64,000 bases of DNA from Pseudomonadota bacterium (GCA_030684355.1 JAUXTN010000093.1:99202-163201); one strand, 5' to 3'. Positions 1-9,515 are shown, counted from the first letter of the stretch. The notes: generated by a model not told the origin, from the sequence alone. Numbers and translations: made by a program.

Positions 1-1276
1 ACCCCGTCGTCCACGGGCTCTCGCCCAGCGTGCCCCAGCTGGTGGAGAACGTCGCCGCGATCGAGCCGCGCTCGACGAAGCAGGGCTGGTCCCGGAGCGC
101 GCCGTTCCACGCGGCCGGATCCGCGTCCAGGGCGGCCCGGAGCAGGTCTTCCTTGCCCTCGACGATCTCGCGCAGTACGCGCACATCGGCGCGATAGCCC
201 TCGCCTTGCCAGGGCTCCGCGAGGTCGGCGAGCCGGTTGACCTCGGCCACCCGCTCCTCACCGTCCCAAGCGTCGTCCAGCAGCGCCAGGAGATGCGCGC
301 GGTAGGCTTCCTCTCCGCCCGGCGCGAGGAGCACCGCGCGCGAGAGCGCCGAGTTGGCGGCCACCCAATCGGCGGCGAAGGGGGCCGCCCGGTCGAAGGT
401 GGCGTCGGCGCCCCACGGGATGAACCGGATCCGTCCCGTCGAGGGGTCGTCGTAGACGAAGTAGTTGTTGGTGTTGGCGTCGTACCCGTCCCATTGGCCG
501 ACGAGCACCTCGGCGGCCCAGAAGTCGAGGTAGGCGTCGAGCTCGACGACCTCGGCGATGGCGGCGAGGTCACCGGTGTCGATGGCCGTCTTCACGCGGT
601 CGAGCTGGGCCACGTCCGAGGCGTGGGTCTTGGGGTCGAACGTGCCCGTCCAGCCCTCCCGGAAGTCGCTGAGCGTGCCTTCGAAGAGGCCCCCGTCCCG
701 GGCGAGGCCGTGGCGGGCGAGGAAGTCCTCGTCCACCGGCTCGACGTTGGCGTACACCCCGAGGTCCTCGCCGTTGACCGTCACGTGGGCGAGCGTGCAA
801 CGCGGCGCGGGTACGCCCGCGGCCGTGTAGGTGCTGTACGCGAGGCAGGTGTGTAGCCCGGTCGGGTCCTCGTGCCCGTTGTTCAACGTGAGCCGGGTGA
901 CGCCGTCGAATTCCGTGTCCCCGCGGAGGTGATCCAGGGCCAGCTTGAGAGAGGGGCGTGTCGCGTCGAGCGAACCCAGGAAGCCCTTCTTTCGCACGCC
1001 GATCGCCCCCAGCGAAACCCCGTCCACCGTGGCGTCGCCCACGTACCAATCGAACGGGCTGTCGAAAGGTTGCGCGAGACAGTCGCCCGCAAAGGTGTCC
1101 CAGACGGTGCGCGTCTGGTTGCGGAGCGCCTCCCAATCCGCGTCGTCGAGCGTCAGGGTGACCTCGAGCACACGCGTGTCGTCGTAGAGCCCCGCACCCT
1201 CCTCGACCACCACGGCGTTGCCGTCCTGTGAATCCGCGCCATCCGAGTGGCAGCCGAGGAAGAGCAGGATCAGCAC
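1..1276 (-). CDS. CotH-family (atypical kinase fold) secreted lipoprotein; 3' end lies beyond the window edge
   Basis: Absent from the ORF track because it has no in-window stop. The minus frame from GTG 1276 reads (M)LILLFLGCHSDGADSQ... then ...RLTLNNGHEDPTGLHTCLAYSTYTAAGVPAPRCTLAHVTVNGEDLGVYANVEPVDEDFL...VLVGQWDGYDANTNNYFVYDD... These are CotH-like blocks from memory. GC3 bias is strong. An in-frame TGA lies 36 nt upstream with no start codon in between, which fixes the start. Confidence 0.8.
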   Translation of the reverse strand, partial: MLILLFLGCHSDGADSQDGNAVVVEEGAGLYDDTRVLEVTLTLDDADWEALRNQTRTVWDTFAGDCLAQPFDSPFDWYVGDATVDGVSLGAIGVRKKGFLGSLDATRPSLKLALDHLRGDTEFDGVTRLTLNNGHEDPTGLHTCLAYSTYTAAGVPAPRCTLAHVTVNGEDLGVYANVEPVDEDFLARHGLARDGGLFEGTLSDFREGWTGTFDPKTHASDVAQLDRVKTAIDTGDLAAIAEVVELDAYLDFWAAEVLVGQWDGYDANTNNYFVYDDPSTGRIRFIPWGADATFDRAAPFAADWVAANSALSRAVLLAPGGEEAYRAHLLALLDDAWDGEERVAEVNRLADLAEPWQGEGYRADVRVLREIVEGKEDLLRAALDADPAAWNGALRDQPCFVERGSIAATFSTSWGTLGESPWTTG

Positions 1277-1277
1277 G

Positions 1278-2270
1278 CTACGGGACGGTGACGAGGTTGG
1301 TGTCGAGCGTCACCGCGCCGACGCTGGCCAGGAGCCGGCCCTCCACGTTGGCACCGGAGCTGATGGTGATGGACTGGTCGGCCATGATGGTCCCGACAAA
1401 GTCGGTGCCCGTGCCAATCGTCGCCGAGGTGCCGACCTGCCAGTAGACGTTGGTGGCATCCGCGCAGTCGGCCAGGATGACATCGACCCCGGCGGAGGTG
1501 GTCAACGTGCTGCCGATCTGGAAGATCCAGGTGGCGTTGGGATCGCCGCCACCGTCGAGGATGAGGTTCGCCGAGGCAATCTGGAGCGAGGAGCTCGCCG
1601 AGTAGACCCCGGGCACGAGGCTCAGCCCGCTGATGTCCTCCGGCAGCGGAGTGGCCCCGGACCGGTTCGCCGCGTCGGTGTACGCGGCCACGTGGTCGAT
1701 CTGGGCCTGGAGTGCGGCGGCGTCGGTGGTGTGCGTGGAGCCGACCACGAGTCCAGGAGGGAACCCCGTGATCGCGCTACCCGGGCTGAGGCCGAGGTCG
1801 CCGGTGAGGGTCGTGGCGCCCAGGTTGGTCACCGTCGAGCCGGCGAGCACCGCGAAGCCCGCGGCCGTGAGCAGCTCCGGGCCGATGGCCGAGGGGGTAC
1901 CGGTGATGCACGCACCCGTGTCGGTGTCCGTCGCCGTGTCCGTGTCGGTGTCGACCGCCGTGTCCGTGTCGACCCCCGTGTCGGTATCGACCGCCGTGTC
2001 CGTGTCGGTCGCCGTGTCCGCCCCGGTGTCCGGCGTGGGCGAGCCATCGATGTCCGTGTCGTAGGTGTCGCCCGTGTCCGCAGGAGCGATCACGAAGAAC
2101 GCGTCCGACACCGCGGTTTTGGGGTCGGGGAGCGTGGCCGCCGCGCCCGTGTCGGCGCCGGGGTCAGGCTCGTTCCCATCGACCTTGTCGAACGGGGTGC
2201 AGCCGGCGAGCAGGACGGCGAGCAGCATCGGGGTCGCCAGGCGCATGTTCCAGGCACGTCCAACGCTCAT
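1278..2270 (-). CDS. Ice-binding-like (DUF3494) family lipoprotein with a D-T rich linker
   Basis: This is the C-terminal 330 aa of the 910-aa track ORF. It has a lipobox (LLAVLLAGC) and a (DT)n linker. It then reads AAGFAVLAGSTVTNLGATTLTGDLGLSPGSAITGFPPG...DPNATWIFQIGSTLTTSAGVDVIL...NVYWQVGTSATIGTGTDFVGTIMADQSITISSGANVEGRLLASVGAVTLDTN, typical of the DUF3494 beta-solenoid family. An alternative start is ATG 2246. The rest of the 910-aa ORF is antisense artefact. Confidence 0.85.
   Translation of the reverse strand: MSVGRAWNMRLATPMLLAVLLAGCTPFDKVDGNEPDPGADTGAAATLPDPKTAVSDAFFVIAPADTGDTYDTDIDGSPTPDTGADTATDTDTAVDTDTGVDTDTAVDTDTDTATDTDTGACITGTPSAIGPELLTAAGFAVLAGSTVTNLGATTLTGDLGLSPGSAITGFPPGLVVGSTHTTDAAALQAQIDHVAAYTDAANRSGATPLPEDISGLSLVPGVYSASSSLQIASANLILDGGGDPNATWIFQIGSTLTTSAGVDVILADCADATNVYWQVGTSATIGTGTDFVGTIMADQSITISSGANVEGRLLASVGAVTLDTNLVTVP
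1912..2030 (-). repeat. Coding hexanucleotide-type array (GACACN/GTGTCN) encoding a (D-T) linker
   Basis: Reiterated gtgtcggtgtccgtcgccgtgtccgtgtcg units translate on the minus strand to DTATDTDTAVDTDTGVDTDTAVDTDTDTATDTDTG. Confidence 0.8.
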
Positions 2271-2594
2271 CTCCGCGGTCCCGGCATTCTGATTGGTCAC
2301 GTTGCGCATGTCGTTCCTCCGAACCTTTGGTGTAGGCTGCGTCTCAATGCCGCGCTCTCTGACGGCCCCGGAGCTGCTGTCCAGTCGGTGCTTCATCAAT
2401 AAGCGGTGCAAACTCCAGACGCGCGGACCCTGGGCCTCTCGGGCAGGATCGTTGTGCGAAAGAACGTGCCAATACGGAACGCTGCTCGGCTTGACGGCCT
2501 TGGTGGTAGGCCTACGCCGGTCGGGAAACGGAGACATGCGGTGACATTGCTCCCTGCAGTCCGTCCTGCATAGATACACGCTAGGCGGAAGCGG

Positions 2595-3779
2595 ATGATC
2601 CTGTTCCTGATTCTCCCCCTGCTGGCATGCTCGGCGCCCTCCCCGGGGGCGCGGGCGCAAACCGACGCGCCTCCGTCGAACGTGGTCGTCGATTGCGATG
2701 GCGGGGGTGACCATGTCACGCTCGGGGAGGCCATCGCGGCATCGGCCGATGGGGACACCATCGATGTCCTGCCGTGCACGTACATGGAACAGGTGAACTT
2801 CGCCGGCCACAGTGTCACGCTCCGCGCGACCGCGGGCCCGGCCGAGACGATCATCGACGCGGGCGGAGCCGGCCCGGCCGTGATCGCGAGCGGCGGCGAG
2901 GGGGACGGCACCGCGCTGGTCGGGTTCACCCTGACGGGCGGCGTCGAGGTCGACTACGGCGCGGCCCTCTTCGTCGACCTCTCCAGGATCCGGCTGGAGC
3001 GGGTCGTCGTCACGGGGAACCGCGGAAGCGCCATCGTCTACAGCCACGCCGGTGACATCGAGCTGCTCGACGTGACGTTCACCGGCAACACGGTGACGGA
3101 GGGCGGGTCCGCGTTCACCCTGTACCGGGGCGCCCTCAACGCGAGTGCGCTGGACATCGCCTGCGACGGCGGCGCCTACGCCATGTACCTCGGTCATGGA
3201 TCCGGCTTGATCGACGCCTCGAAGGTGGGCTGCTCGACCGGAACCGCCCTGTACTACGAACATGCCACCGGTCGCGTCGAGCGGACGCGCCTCGAAGGCC
3301 TCGTGGTGGTCATCAACGAGGACGACCACGACACGGACGTCGTCACCATGGAGAACGACATCTTCGTCGGCGGCCAGGGCATCTACGTCGAGTACGGCAC
3401 CGCTCTTTTGCGCAACTCGGTGGTGAACGGCACGCTCACCCTCGCCGGGGTGGCGAACCCGGTCGTCGAGGCGAACGTATTCCTCGACGGTCGCTGCGCA
3501 ATCGACGCGGATGCCGGCACGTCCGCGCTCGCGCCCAGCTACAACGACCTCTGGCGTGTCTCCCAGGAGTCTTGCGACGGCACCACCTGGTCGGGCATCG
3601 ACGGCAACTTTGCCAGTGACCCGATGTTCACCGACGAGGCCGCGGGGGACTACACCCTCGCCGTCGGGAGTCCCTGTATCGACAGGGGGCTGCCCGAGGA
3701 GGCCCAGGAGGACACGGACGGCTCTCGGAACGACGTCGGCGCGCATGGCGGTCGGAAGCCGATCGTGGGGGACTTGTGA
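2595..3779 (+). CDS. Right-handed parallel beta-helix repeat lipoprotein (DUF1565/pectate-lyase-fold like)
   Basis: Lipobox MILFLILPLLACS. The N-terminal block is VVDCDGGGDHVTLGEAIAASADGDTIDVLPCTY. Repeated G-rich beta-helix coils follow. The C-terminal block is CIDRGLPEEAQEDTDGSRNDVGAHGG. Confidence 0.8.
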   Translation: MILFLILPLLACSAPSPGARAQTDAPPSNVVVDCDGGGDHVTLGEAIAASADGDTIDVLPCTYMEQVNFAGHSVTLRATAGPAETIIDAGGAGPAVIASGGEGDGTALVGFTLTGGVEVDYGAALFVDLSRIRLERVVVTGNRGSAIVYSHAGDIELLDVTFTGNTVTEGGSAFTLYRGALNASALDIACDGGAYAMYLGHGSGLIDASKVGCSTGTALYYEHATGRVERTRLEGLVVVINEDDHDTDVVTMENDIFVGGQGIYVEYGTALLRNSVVNGTLTLAGVANPVVEANVFLDGRCAIDADAGTSALAPSYNDLWRVSQESCDGTTWSGIDGNFASDPMFTDEAAGDYTLAVGSPCIDRGLPEEAQEDTDGSRNDVGAHGGRKPIVGDL

Positions 3780-4966
3780 TGCTCCCCGCGCTCCTGGCGC
3801 TCCTTGCATGCAGCGGAGACGAGTGGGAGGTCGACAGCGGCGGGGTCGACAGCGATCCACCCACCATCGTCCCGGATTGGGTGGTCGATTGCGAGGGCGG
3901 CGGGGACTTCCCCACCATCCAGGAAGCGATCGACGCCGCGGCCAACGGCGATCGGATCGCCCTCGCGGCCTGCACCTACCACGAGCGCATCGATTACAGC
4001 GCCAAGACATTGGACATCTACGGGGTGGACGGCCCCGAGGTCACTGTCATCGACGGCGACCTCGGCGGGACGGTCGTGCGCGTCGTCTCGGGTGAGAGCC
4101 TGGGCACGCGCCTCGCGGGTGTCACGGTCCGGGGTGGCTACAACCCCTCGTTCGCATCCGCGATCGCCGTCTACCAATCCTCGCTTCGGCTCGACCAGGC
4201 GGTCCTCGCGGGGAACGGCGAGGCCGGCTCCGTGCTCTATGCCGGCGACGCGTTCATCACGGCCAACGGGCTCACGGTCTCGGACAATGCCACGAGCGCC
4301 GAAGGGATGGCCATCTACTCGAGCGGCGGCGGGCTCGTCGGAGAGGACATGGACGTCGACTGTGACGGCGCGTCCTACGGGGTCTACCAACACAACGCGG
4401 CTACCATCGACCGCTCGGCGTTCACGTGTGCGCGTGGCTACGCGTTCTACTCCCTCCACGGCGAGCTGCGGGCGTGGCGCTCGTCCTTCACCGGGGGCCT
4501 CGCGGGCATCTACGCCGAGGAGACAGGGCCCGACACCTCCCAGCGCGTCGTGCTCGCCAACGTCTACGCCACGGGCGCCACCGGCGTAGACGTCCGCTAC
4601 CTGACGATGCAGATCACCAACAGCGTCCTCGCCGGCACGGAGGCGGGCCTCAACGTGATTGGTGTGGACGCCTACTCGTACCTCTGGAACTCCATCGTCC
4701 TCGACTCGGCCTGTGGCCTCCAGGGAGACGGAGGCGCGCTCACGGTGTACTACACCAACTTCTGGAACAACCTCGCGAACACGTGCGCGGTCACGGCGGA
4801 TGTGCCGTACGCCACGGATCCCCGGTTCGTCGACTACCCAAGTGACCTCACCCTGGACCAGGGTAGCCCGATGATCGATGCCGGGGAGCCGACGTGGTTC
4901 GATCCGGATGGGTCGCGGAGTGATGTCGGGGTGTTCGGGGGGCCGAACGGATCCTGGGGCAAATAA
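3776..4966 (+). CDS. Right-handed parallel beta-helix repeat lipoprotein, tandem paralog of 2595..3779
   Basis: Same architecture as its neighbour: LLALLACSG, VVDCEGGGDFPTIQEAIDAAANGDRIALAACTY, ...MIDAGEPTWFDPDGSRSDVGVFGG. The GTGATG start overlaps the upstream TGA by 4 nt. Confidence 0.8.
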   Translation: MMLPALLALLACSGDEWEVDSGGVDSDPPTIVPDWVVDCEGGGDFPTIQEAIDAAANGDRIALAACTYHERIDYSAKTLDIYGVDGPEVTVIDGDLGGTVVRVVSGESLGTRLAGVTVRGGYNPSFASAIAVYQSSLRLDQAVLAGNGEAGSVLYAGDAFITANGLTVSDNATSAEGMAIYSSGGGLVGEDMDVDCDGASYGVYQHNAATIDRSAFTCARGYAFYSLHGELRAWRSSFTGGLAGIYAEETGPDTSQRVVLANVYATGATGVDVRYLTMQITNSVLAGTEAGLNVIGVDAYSYLWNSIVLDSACGLQGDGGALTVYYTNFWNNLANTCAVTADVPYATDPRFVDYPSDLTLDQGSPMIDAGEPTWFDPDGSRSDVGVFGGPNGSWGK

Positions 4967-5065
4967 ACCCCCGGGTGCCCCTTCCCGGCGTACCGCACGA
5001 CCGCGACGCCCGGGCTGACTGTCCCGGGGCCTCTCCTCGCGTGAAGCTGGGCGACCGAGAACCAA

Positions 5066-5300
5066 GTGTCACTCACCCAGAGAGGCCAGCGTTGGGCCAA
5101 GCTCGTCAGCGCGCTCGAAGCGTCGGACCTCACCGCCGCGGCGTTCGCCGCGAGGCACAACGTGAACCCGTCGACTTTGTCGTGGCGCCGAAGTCGGGTC
5201 CGAGGCACGATCCCGTCGAGGGGGTTTGTCGAGGCCGCGAATATCCGCCGCGAACAAGGAGGCGCGAGCAGTTCCGCGACTTGTACAACCGTCGTACACA
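5066..5300 (+). pseudogene. Solo IS66-family TnpA-like (HTH accessory protein) remnant
   Basis: The first ~60 codons read RWAKLVSALEASDLTAAAFAARHNVNPSTLSWRRSRVRG...GFVEA, with good GC3. From memory this resembles the first small ORF of IS66-type elements. No TnpB or transposase follows. The frame then runs without a stop, out of frame, into the next gene and becomes non-protein-like. Confidence 0.4.
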
Positions 5301-5355
5301 CCGGTTACCTCGTGCTGGTCCTCCCATTTCAGGCGATCCGAGGTAGCATCTGGCG

Positions 5356-8300
5356 ATGCGTGCCTCCTTCCTGTTTGCCCTGGCCATCCTGCCTGCGTGC
5401 GTGTTCGTCGACAAGGCGACCCTCGACGATCGCCTCGACCCCGATGGCGACGGCGTACCCTGGCCCGAGGACTGTGGCCCGAACGACGCCGGCGTGTTCC
5501 CCGGGGCGACCGAGAGCTGCGACGGGATCGACCAGGACTGCGACGGCGAGATCGACGAAGGGCTCTCGCCGACCTGGTACGTGGATGCGGATGACGATGG
5601 GCATGGGGCCGAGGGAGCCGCGATCGTCGCTTGCGAGGCCCCCGATGGGGCGGTCGCCGACGGCGATGACTGCGACGACGACGACGGCACGCGTTTCCCC
5701 GGGGCGGCCGAGGCGTGCGACGGCGTCGACCAGGACTGTGACGGGGAGGTGGACGAGGGCATTGCGGTCACGACGTGGTACCTGGACGCCGACGCGGACG
5801 GCATCGGCGGGGACACCGCGACCGAGGAATCCTGCGTGGCTCCGGTCGGCTACGTGGCGACGGGCGGCGATTGCGATGACGACGACGACGGCATCGGGGC
5901 GGCGAGCATCTGGTACGACGACGCGGATGGCGACGGCTACGGCGATGCCACCACCGCGGAGTTCGCGTGCGAGGCCGCCGTCGGTTCGGTCGCCGACGGG
6001 ACCGACTGCGATGACGACGATGCGCGGTACCACCCGGATGCGGCCGAGGCCGACTGCGAAGACCCCGCCGATTACAACTGCGATGGCTCCACCGGTTACG
6101 ACGATTTCGATGGGGACGGGTGGGCCGCTTGCCTCGACTGCGATGACGAGGACGCGGGCGTCTCGCCGGACGGGATCGAGGCCTGCGACGGGATCGACGA
6201 CGACTGCTCCGGGGAGGTCGACGACGAGGCGATCGACGCCGCGACCTGGTACGCGGATGCGGACGACGATGGCTTCGGAGGACCCGGGACGGCGCTGAGC
6301 GCATGCACGGCGCCGCTCGGGTACGTGGCCGACGCTTCCGACTGTGACGACGGGGATCCCGACGTGAGCCCTGCTGCCGCGGAGCATTGCGACGGGGAGG
6401 ATGACGACTGCGACGGCGGCACGGACGAGTCCGCCGTGGACGCGGCCACCTGGTACGTGGATGACGACGGAGACGGGTACGGCGGCCTCAGCACGATCGC
6501 CGGCTGCGATCAGCCGGGCGGGTACGTCGCCGTGGACGGGGACTGCGACGATTCGGATGCGGACTACAACCCCGATGCCGCGGAGAGTTGCTCCGATCCG
6601 ACGGACTTCAACTGCGACGGCTCCGTTGCGTACGCGGACGCGGACGGAGACGGCTGGGCCGCCTGCGAGGACTGCGACGACGCCGAGGCCTCCGTGTCAC
6701 CCGCCGCCGTCGAGACGTGCGACGGCGTGGACGACGACTGCGACGGGGACATCGACGGTGGCGCGGTCGACGCCCTCGATTGGTACGTCGACGGCGACGG
6801 CGACGGGTACGGCGGCGCGACCACGGAAATCGCCTGCGACGCGCCGGTGGGGTACGTCGCGAACGCGGACGACTGCGACGACGACGACTCCGGAGTCAAC
6901 CCGGCGGCGGTCGAGTACTGCGACGGCGTGGACGACGACTGCGACGGGACGACCGACGAGGACAGCGCGGCGGATGCGGGCGCCTGGTACGTTGACGGTG
7001 ATTTGGACGGTTACGGAGGTCATACCTCGATGGTGGCGTGTTCGGCCCCGGGCGGGTATGTCGCGGTCGACGGGGACTGTGACGACGCGGACGCGGCGAT
7101 CTCGCCCGCCGCGATCGAGGTCTGCGACGCGGCGGACACGGACGAGGACTGCGACGGCGCCGCCGACGACGCGGACGCGTCCTGCTCGAGCGTCGGCGCC
7201 ATCTCGGCGTGGGCGGACAGCGACGCGGACGGCTACGGCGACGCTGCGGCGACGTACGCGTTCTGCGACGTGCCGGAGGCGTATGTCGTGAACGACGAGG
7301 ACTGCGACGACACCGACGCTGGCGTGGGTCCAAGCTCCACGTGGTACGCGGACGCCGACGGAGACGGCTTCAGCGACGCGGCCTTGTCCGTCACTGCTTG
7401 CTCCCAGCCAGGCGGGTACATCGCGGCGGCGAACGCGGACTGCGACGACAGCGACGCCGCGACTCATCCCGGTGCGGCGGCCAGCGACTCGGCGACGAGT
7501 TGCATGACCGATGCCGATGGGGACGGGTATGGGGACGAGACGGTCGCCTCGGGGGTGACGGCAGGGACGGACTGTGACGACTCGGGCGCCGCGACAAACC
7601 CCGGTGCCACCGAAGTGTGCGCGGACGGCGTCGACAACGACTGCGATGGTGGTGGGAGCGGGTGCGCTCCCGCCAGCGGCTCACTCTCGTCGGCCGCCGC
7701 TCAGTTTACGGGGGTCACCGCGAACGACCGTGCCGGAGCCGCAGTCTCCGGCGGCGGAGACGTGAACGGGGATGGGTACGGGGATTTCCTCGTGGGGGCG
7801 CCGGGAAGGACGAACGGGTACAGGTACGGGGGTGCGGCGTACCTCGTCCTTGGCGAGGCCTCTCCCTCGTCGCGCTCGCTGTCGGCCACCGTCGAGTACA
7901 TCGGCGAGCCCACCGGGCTGTCCGCGGGCAACGCCGTCGCGATCGTCGGCGACGTGGACTTGGATGGGTTCGATGATCTGCTGATCGGCGACCCCAACGC
8001 CGGCGAGGGGGGGGGGAGTAGCGCTACTGGGGTCGCCTACCTCGTGCTCGGCGCGTCAGCGCCCGCTTCGAGCTACCTTTCGTCCGCCATCGACTACGCG
8101 GGCGAGAGCGCAAATGACTCAGCTGCGAGCAATGTGAACGGCGCGGGGGATGTGAACGCCGACGGGTTTGCGGACATGCTCATCGGCGCCACCGGCGACG
8201 ACACCAGTTGCTCGAACGCGGGTGCAGGGTACATCGTCCTGGGTAGCGGGTCGCCGGTGACGGAGAGTCTGTCGAGCGCGCTGAAATTCACGGGAGTGGA

Positions 8301-9015
8301 TTGTGGCGAGGTCGCAGGGCAGGGCGTGGCGGGCGCGGGCGACGTTGACGGCGACGGGGTGGATGACTTCTTGATCGGCGCGTACTCGAATGACGACGCC
8401 GGTACGAATGCCGGGGCGGTGTATCTTGTCCTCGGCCGGAGCGGACTCTCGGGCGGAAGTCTGTCTACCGGGGTCCAGTACCAGGGCCAAGCCGCCGGCG
8501 ACCAGGCCGGAGTGAGTATCGCTGCGGCTGGCGACTTCGACGGCGACGGGTATGGCGACTTCATCGTGGGCGCTTCCGACGGAAACTCCGGCACGGGGGC
8601 GGCCTATCTCCTTCTTGGGGAGGCCTTCCCCGGCGGGGGAGCGGTCTCGTCTGGTGTGCAATTCAGTGGTGAGGCGGCGGACGACTGCGCCGGCTCGGCG
8701 GTCGGTGGTGGCGGTGACGTCGACGGAGATGGCTACGACGACGTACTGGTCGGAGCCAAGTGCCAGGATGATGCAGGTGCCCAGGCGGGAAAGGCGTACT
8801 TGCTGTTGGGGAGCCCGTACCCCGCAGCAGGAAACCTAGCCGACAACGTGTACTTCACCGGTGAAGCAGGCGCCGACGATGCAGGGCACAGCGTCAACGT
8901 GGCAGGTGATGTAAATGGGGATGGCCTCCCGGATCTGCTGGTAGGCGCGCCCTACAACGACTACGCAGCCTCCGGCGCTGGCTCCGCCTACCTCATTCTC
9001 GGTGGCGGCCTCTGA
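5356..9015 (+). CDS. Giant secreted lipoprotein with tandem MopE-type putative metal-binding Cys-rich motifs and a 7-blade FG-GAP (integrin-alpha-like) region
   Basis: Lipobox LAILPACV. There are at least 12 copies of DCDDxDxxxxPGAxExCDGxDxDCDG interleaved with WYxDADGDGYG modules. Seven FG-GAP units follow: GDVNGDGYGDFLVGAP, GDVDLDGFDDLLIGDP, GDVNADGFADMLIGAT, GDVDGDGVDDFLIGAY, GDFDGDGYGDFIVGAS, GDVDGDGYDDVLVGAK, GDVNGDGLPDLLVGAP. Confidence 0.9.
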   Translation: MRASFLFALAILPACVFVDKATLDDRLDPDGDGVPWPEDCGPNDAGVFPGATESCDGIDQDCDGEIDEGLSPTWYVDADDDGHGAEGAAIVACEAPDGAVADGDDCDDDDGTRFPGAAEACDGVDQDCDGEVDEGIAVTTWYLDADADGIGGDTATEESCVAPVGYVATGGDCDDDDDGIGAASIWYDDADGDGYGDATTAEFACEAAVGSVADGTDCDDDDARYHPDAAEADCEDPADYNCDGSTGYDDFDGDGWAACLDCDDEDAGVSPDGIEACDGIDDDCSGEVDDEAIDAATWYADADDDGFGGPGTALSACTAPLGYVADASDCDDGDPDVSPAAAEHCDGEDDDCDGGTDESAVDAATWYVDDDGDGYGGLSTIAGCDQPGGYVAVDGDCDDSDADYNPDAAESCSDPTDFNCDGSVAYADADGDGWAACEDCDDAEASVSPAAVETCDGVDDDCDGDIDGGAVDALDWYVDGDGDGYGGATTEIACDAPVGYVANADDCDDDDSGVNPAAVEYCDGVDDDCDGTTDEDSAADAGAWYVDGDLDGYGGHTSMVACSAPGGYVAVDGDCDDADAAISPAAIEVCDAADTDEDCDGAADDADASCSSVGAISAWADSDADGYGDAAATYAFCDVPEAYVVNDEDCDDTDAGVGPSSTWYADADGDGFSDAALSVTACSQPGGYIAAANADCDDSDAATHPGAAASDSATSCMTDADGDGYGDETVASGVTAGTDCDDSGAATNPGATEVCADGVDNDCDGGGSGCAPASGSLSSAAAQFTGVTANDRAGAAVSGGGDVNGDGYGDFLVGAPGRTNGYRYGGAAYLVLGEASPSSRSLSATVEYIGEPTGLSAGNAVAIVGDVDLDGFDDLLIGDPNAGEGGGSSATGVAYLVLGASAPASSYLSSAIDYAGESANDSAASNVNGAGDVNADGFADMLIGATGDDTSCSNAGAGYIVLGSGSPVTESLSSALKFTGVDCGEVAGQGVAGAGDVDGDGVDDFLIGAYSNDDAGTNAGAVYLVLGRSGLSGGSLSTGVQYQGQAAGDQAGVSIAAAGDFDGDGYGDFIVGASDGNSGTGAAYLLLGEAFPGGGAVSSGVQFSGEAADDCAGSAVGGGGDVDGDGYDDVLVGAKCQDDAGAQAGKAYLLLGSPYPAAGNLADNVYFTGEAGADDAGHSVNVAGDVNGDGLPDLLVGAPYNDYAASGAGSAYLILGGGL

Positions 9016-9070
9016 CCTCCCAGCGCGCACGTCGGGACCGATGACCGCTCATTTTGCCCTTGCTTCGCCA

Positions 9071-9391
9071 CTACGGCCACGCCCCCACCGTCCGCACCAT
9101 CCTCTCGAACATCACCCGCTGCTCGGCGTCGTCCGCGATCCGCGCGATCCGCTTCACCTTCCGCTCCGCGAGATTCGGGGCCTCCTGTGCGGACGCGCGT
9201 ATTTCGAGGCACGGCGCGCGGTGGAAGCACGCCCGATCAGGTGGCATGACCGACGTAGCCGCAGTGGCGAATCCAGCCGGATGCGTCCTCACTCGACCCC
9301 GACGGTGGCCGGCAGCGTTTTCACACGGATGTCTTCGGGGGCGGCAGCGTTGTCCATCCGAGCCGAGAAGCCACCTCCACCTGGGTGCCAT
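9071..9391 (-). CDS. Hypothetical small protein; possibly the last frame of a frameshift-decayed gene
   Basis: The C-terminal 40 codons (EAPNLAERKVKRIARIADDAEQRVMFERMVRTVGAWP) have near-total GC3 bias. Upstream, coding-like GC3 switches between three minus frames. No family was recognised. Confidence 0.25.
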   Translation of the reverse strand: MAPRWRWLLGSDGQRCRPRRHPCENAAGHRRGRVRTHPAGFATAATSVMPPDRACFHRAPCLEIRASAQEAPNLAERKVKRIARIADDAEQRVMFERMVRTVGAWP

Positions 9392-9515
9392 CCCCGCGCT
9401 TGTAGGCCCCGACGGAGCGTCCTCGAAAATCCGGGGAGGGTGTCTCGCCCGTCGACTCGACCTCGTCGCGGGTGCTGATCAACCAACGCGAGCGCGGAGG
9501 AGAATATCTCTGTCA

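Noticed and set aside
5066-6298. 410-aa ORF as a real protein
   Set aside because: After about 60 codons it becomes a Thr/Arg/Pro/Ala low-complexity string. That string is the +1 frame of the MopE-repeat gene. Only the N-terminal remnant is reported.
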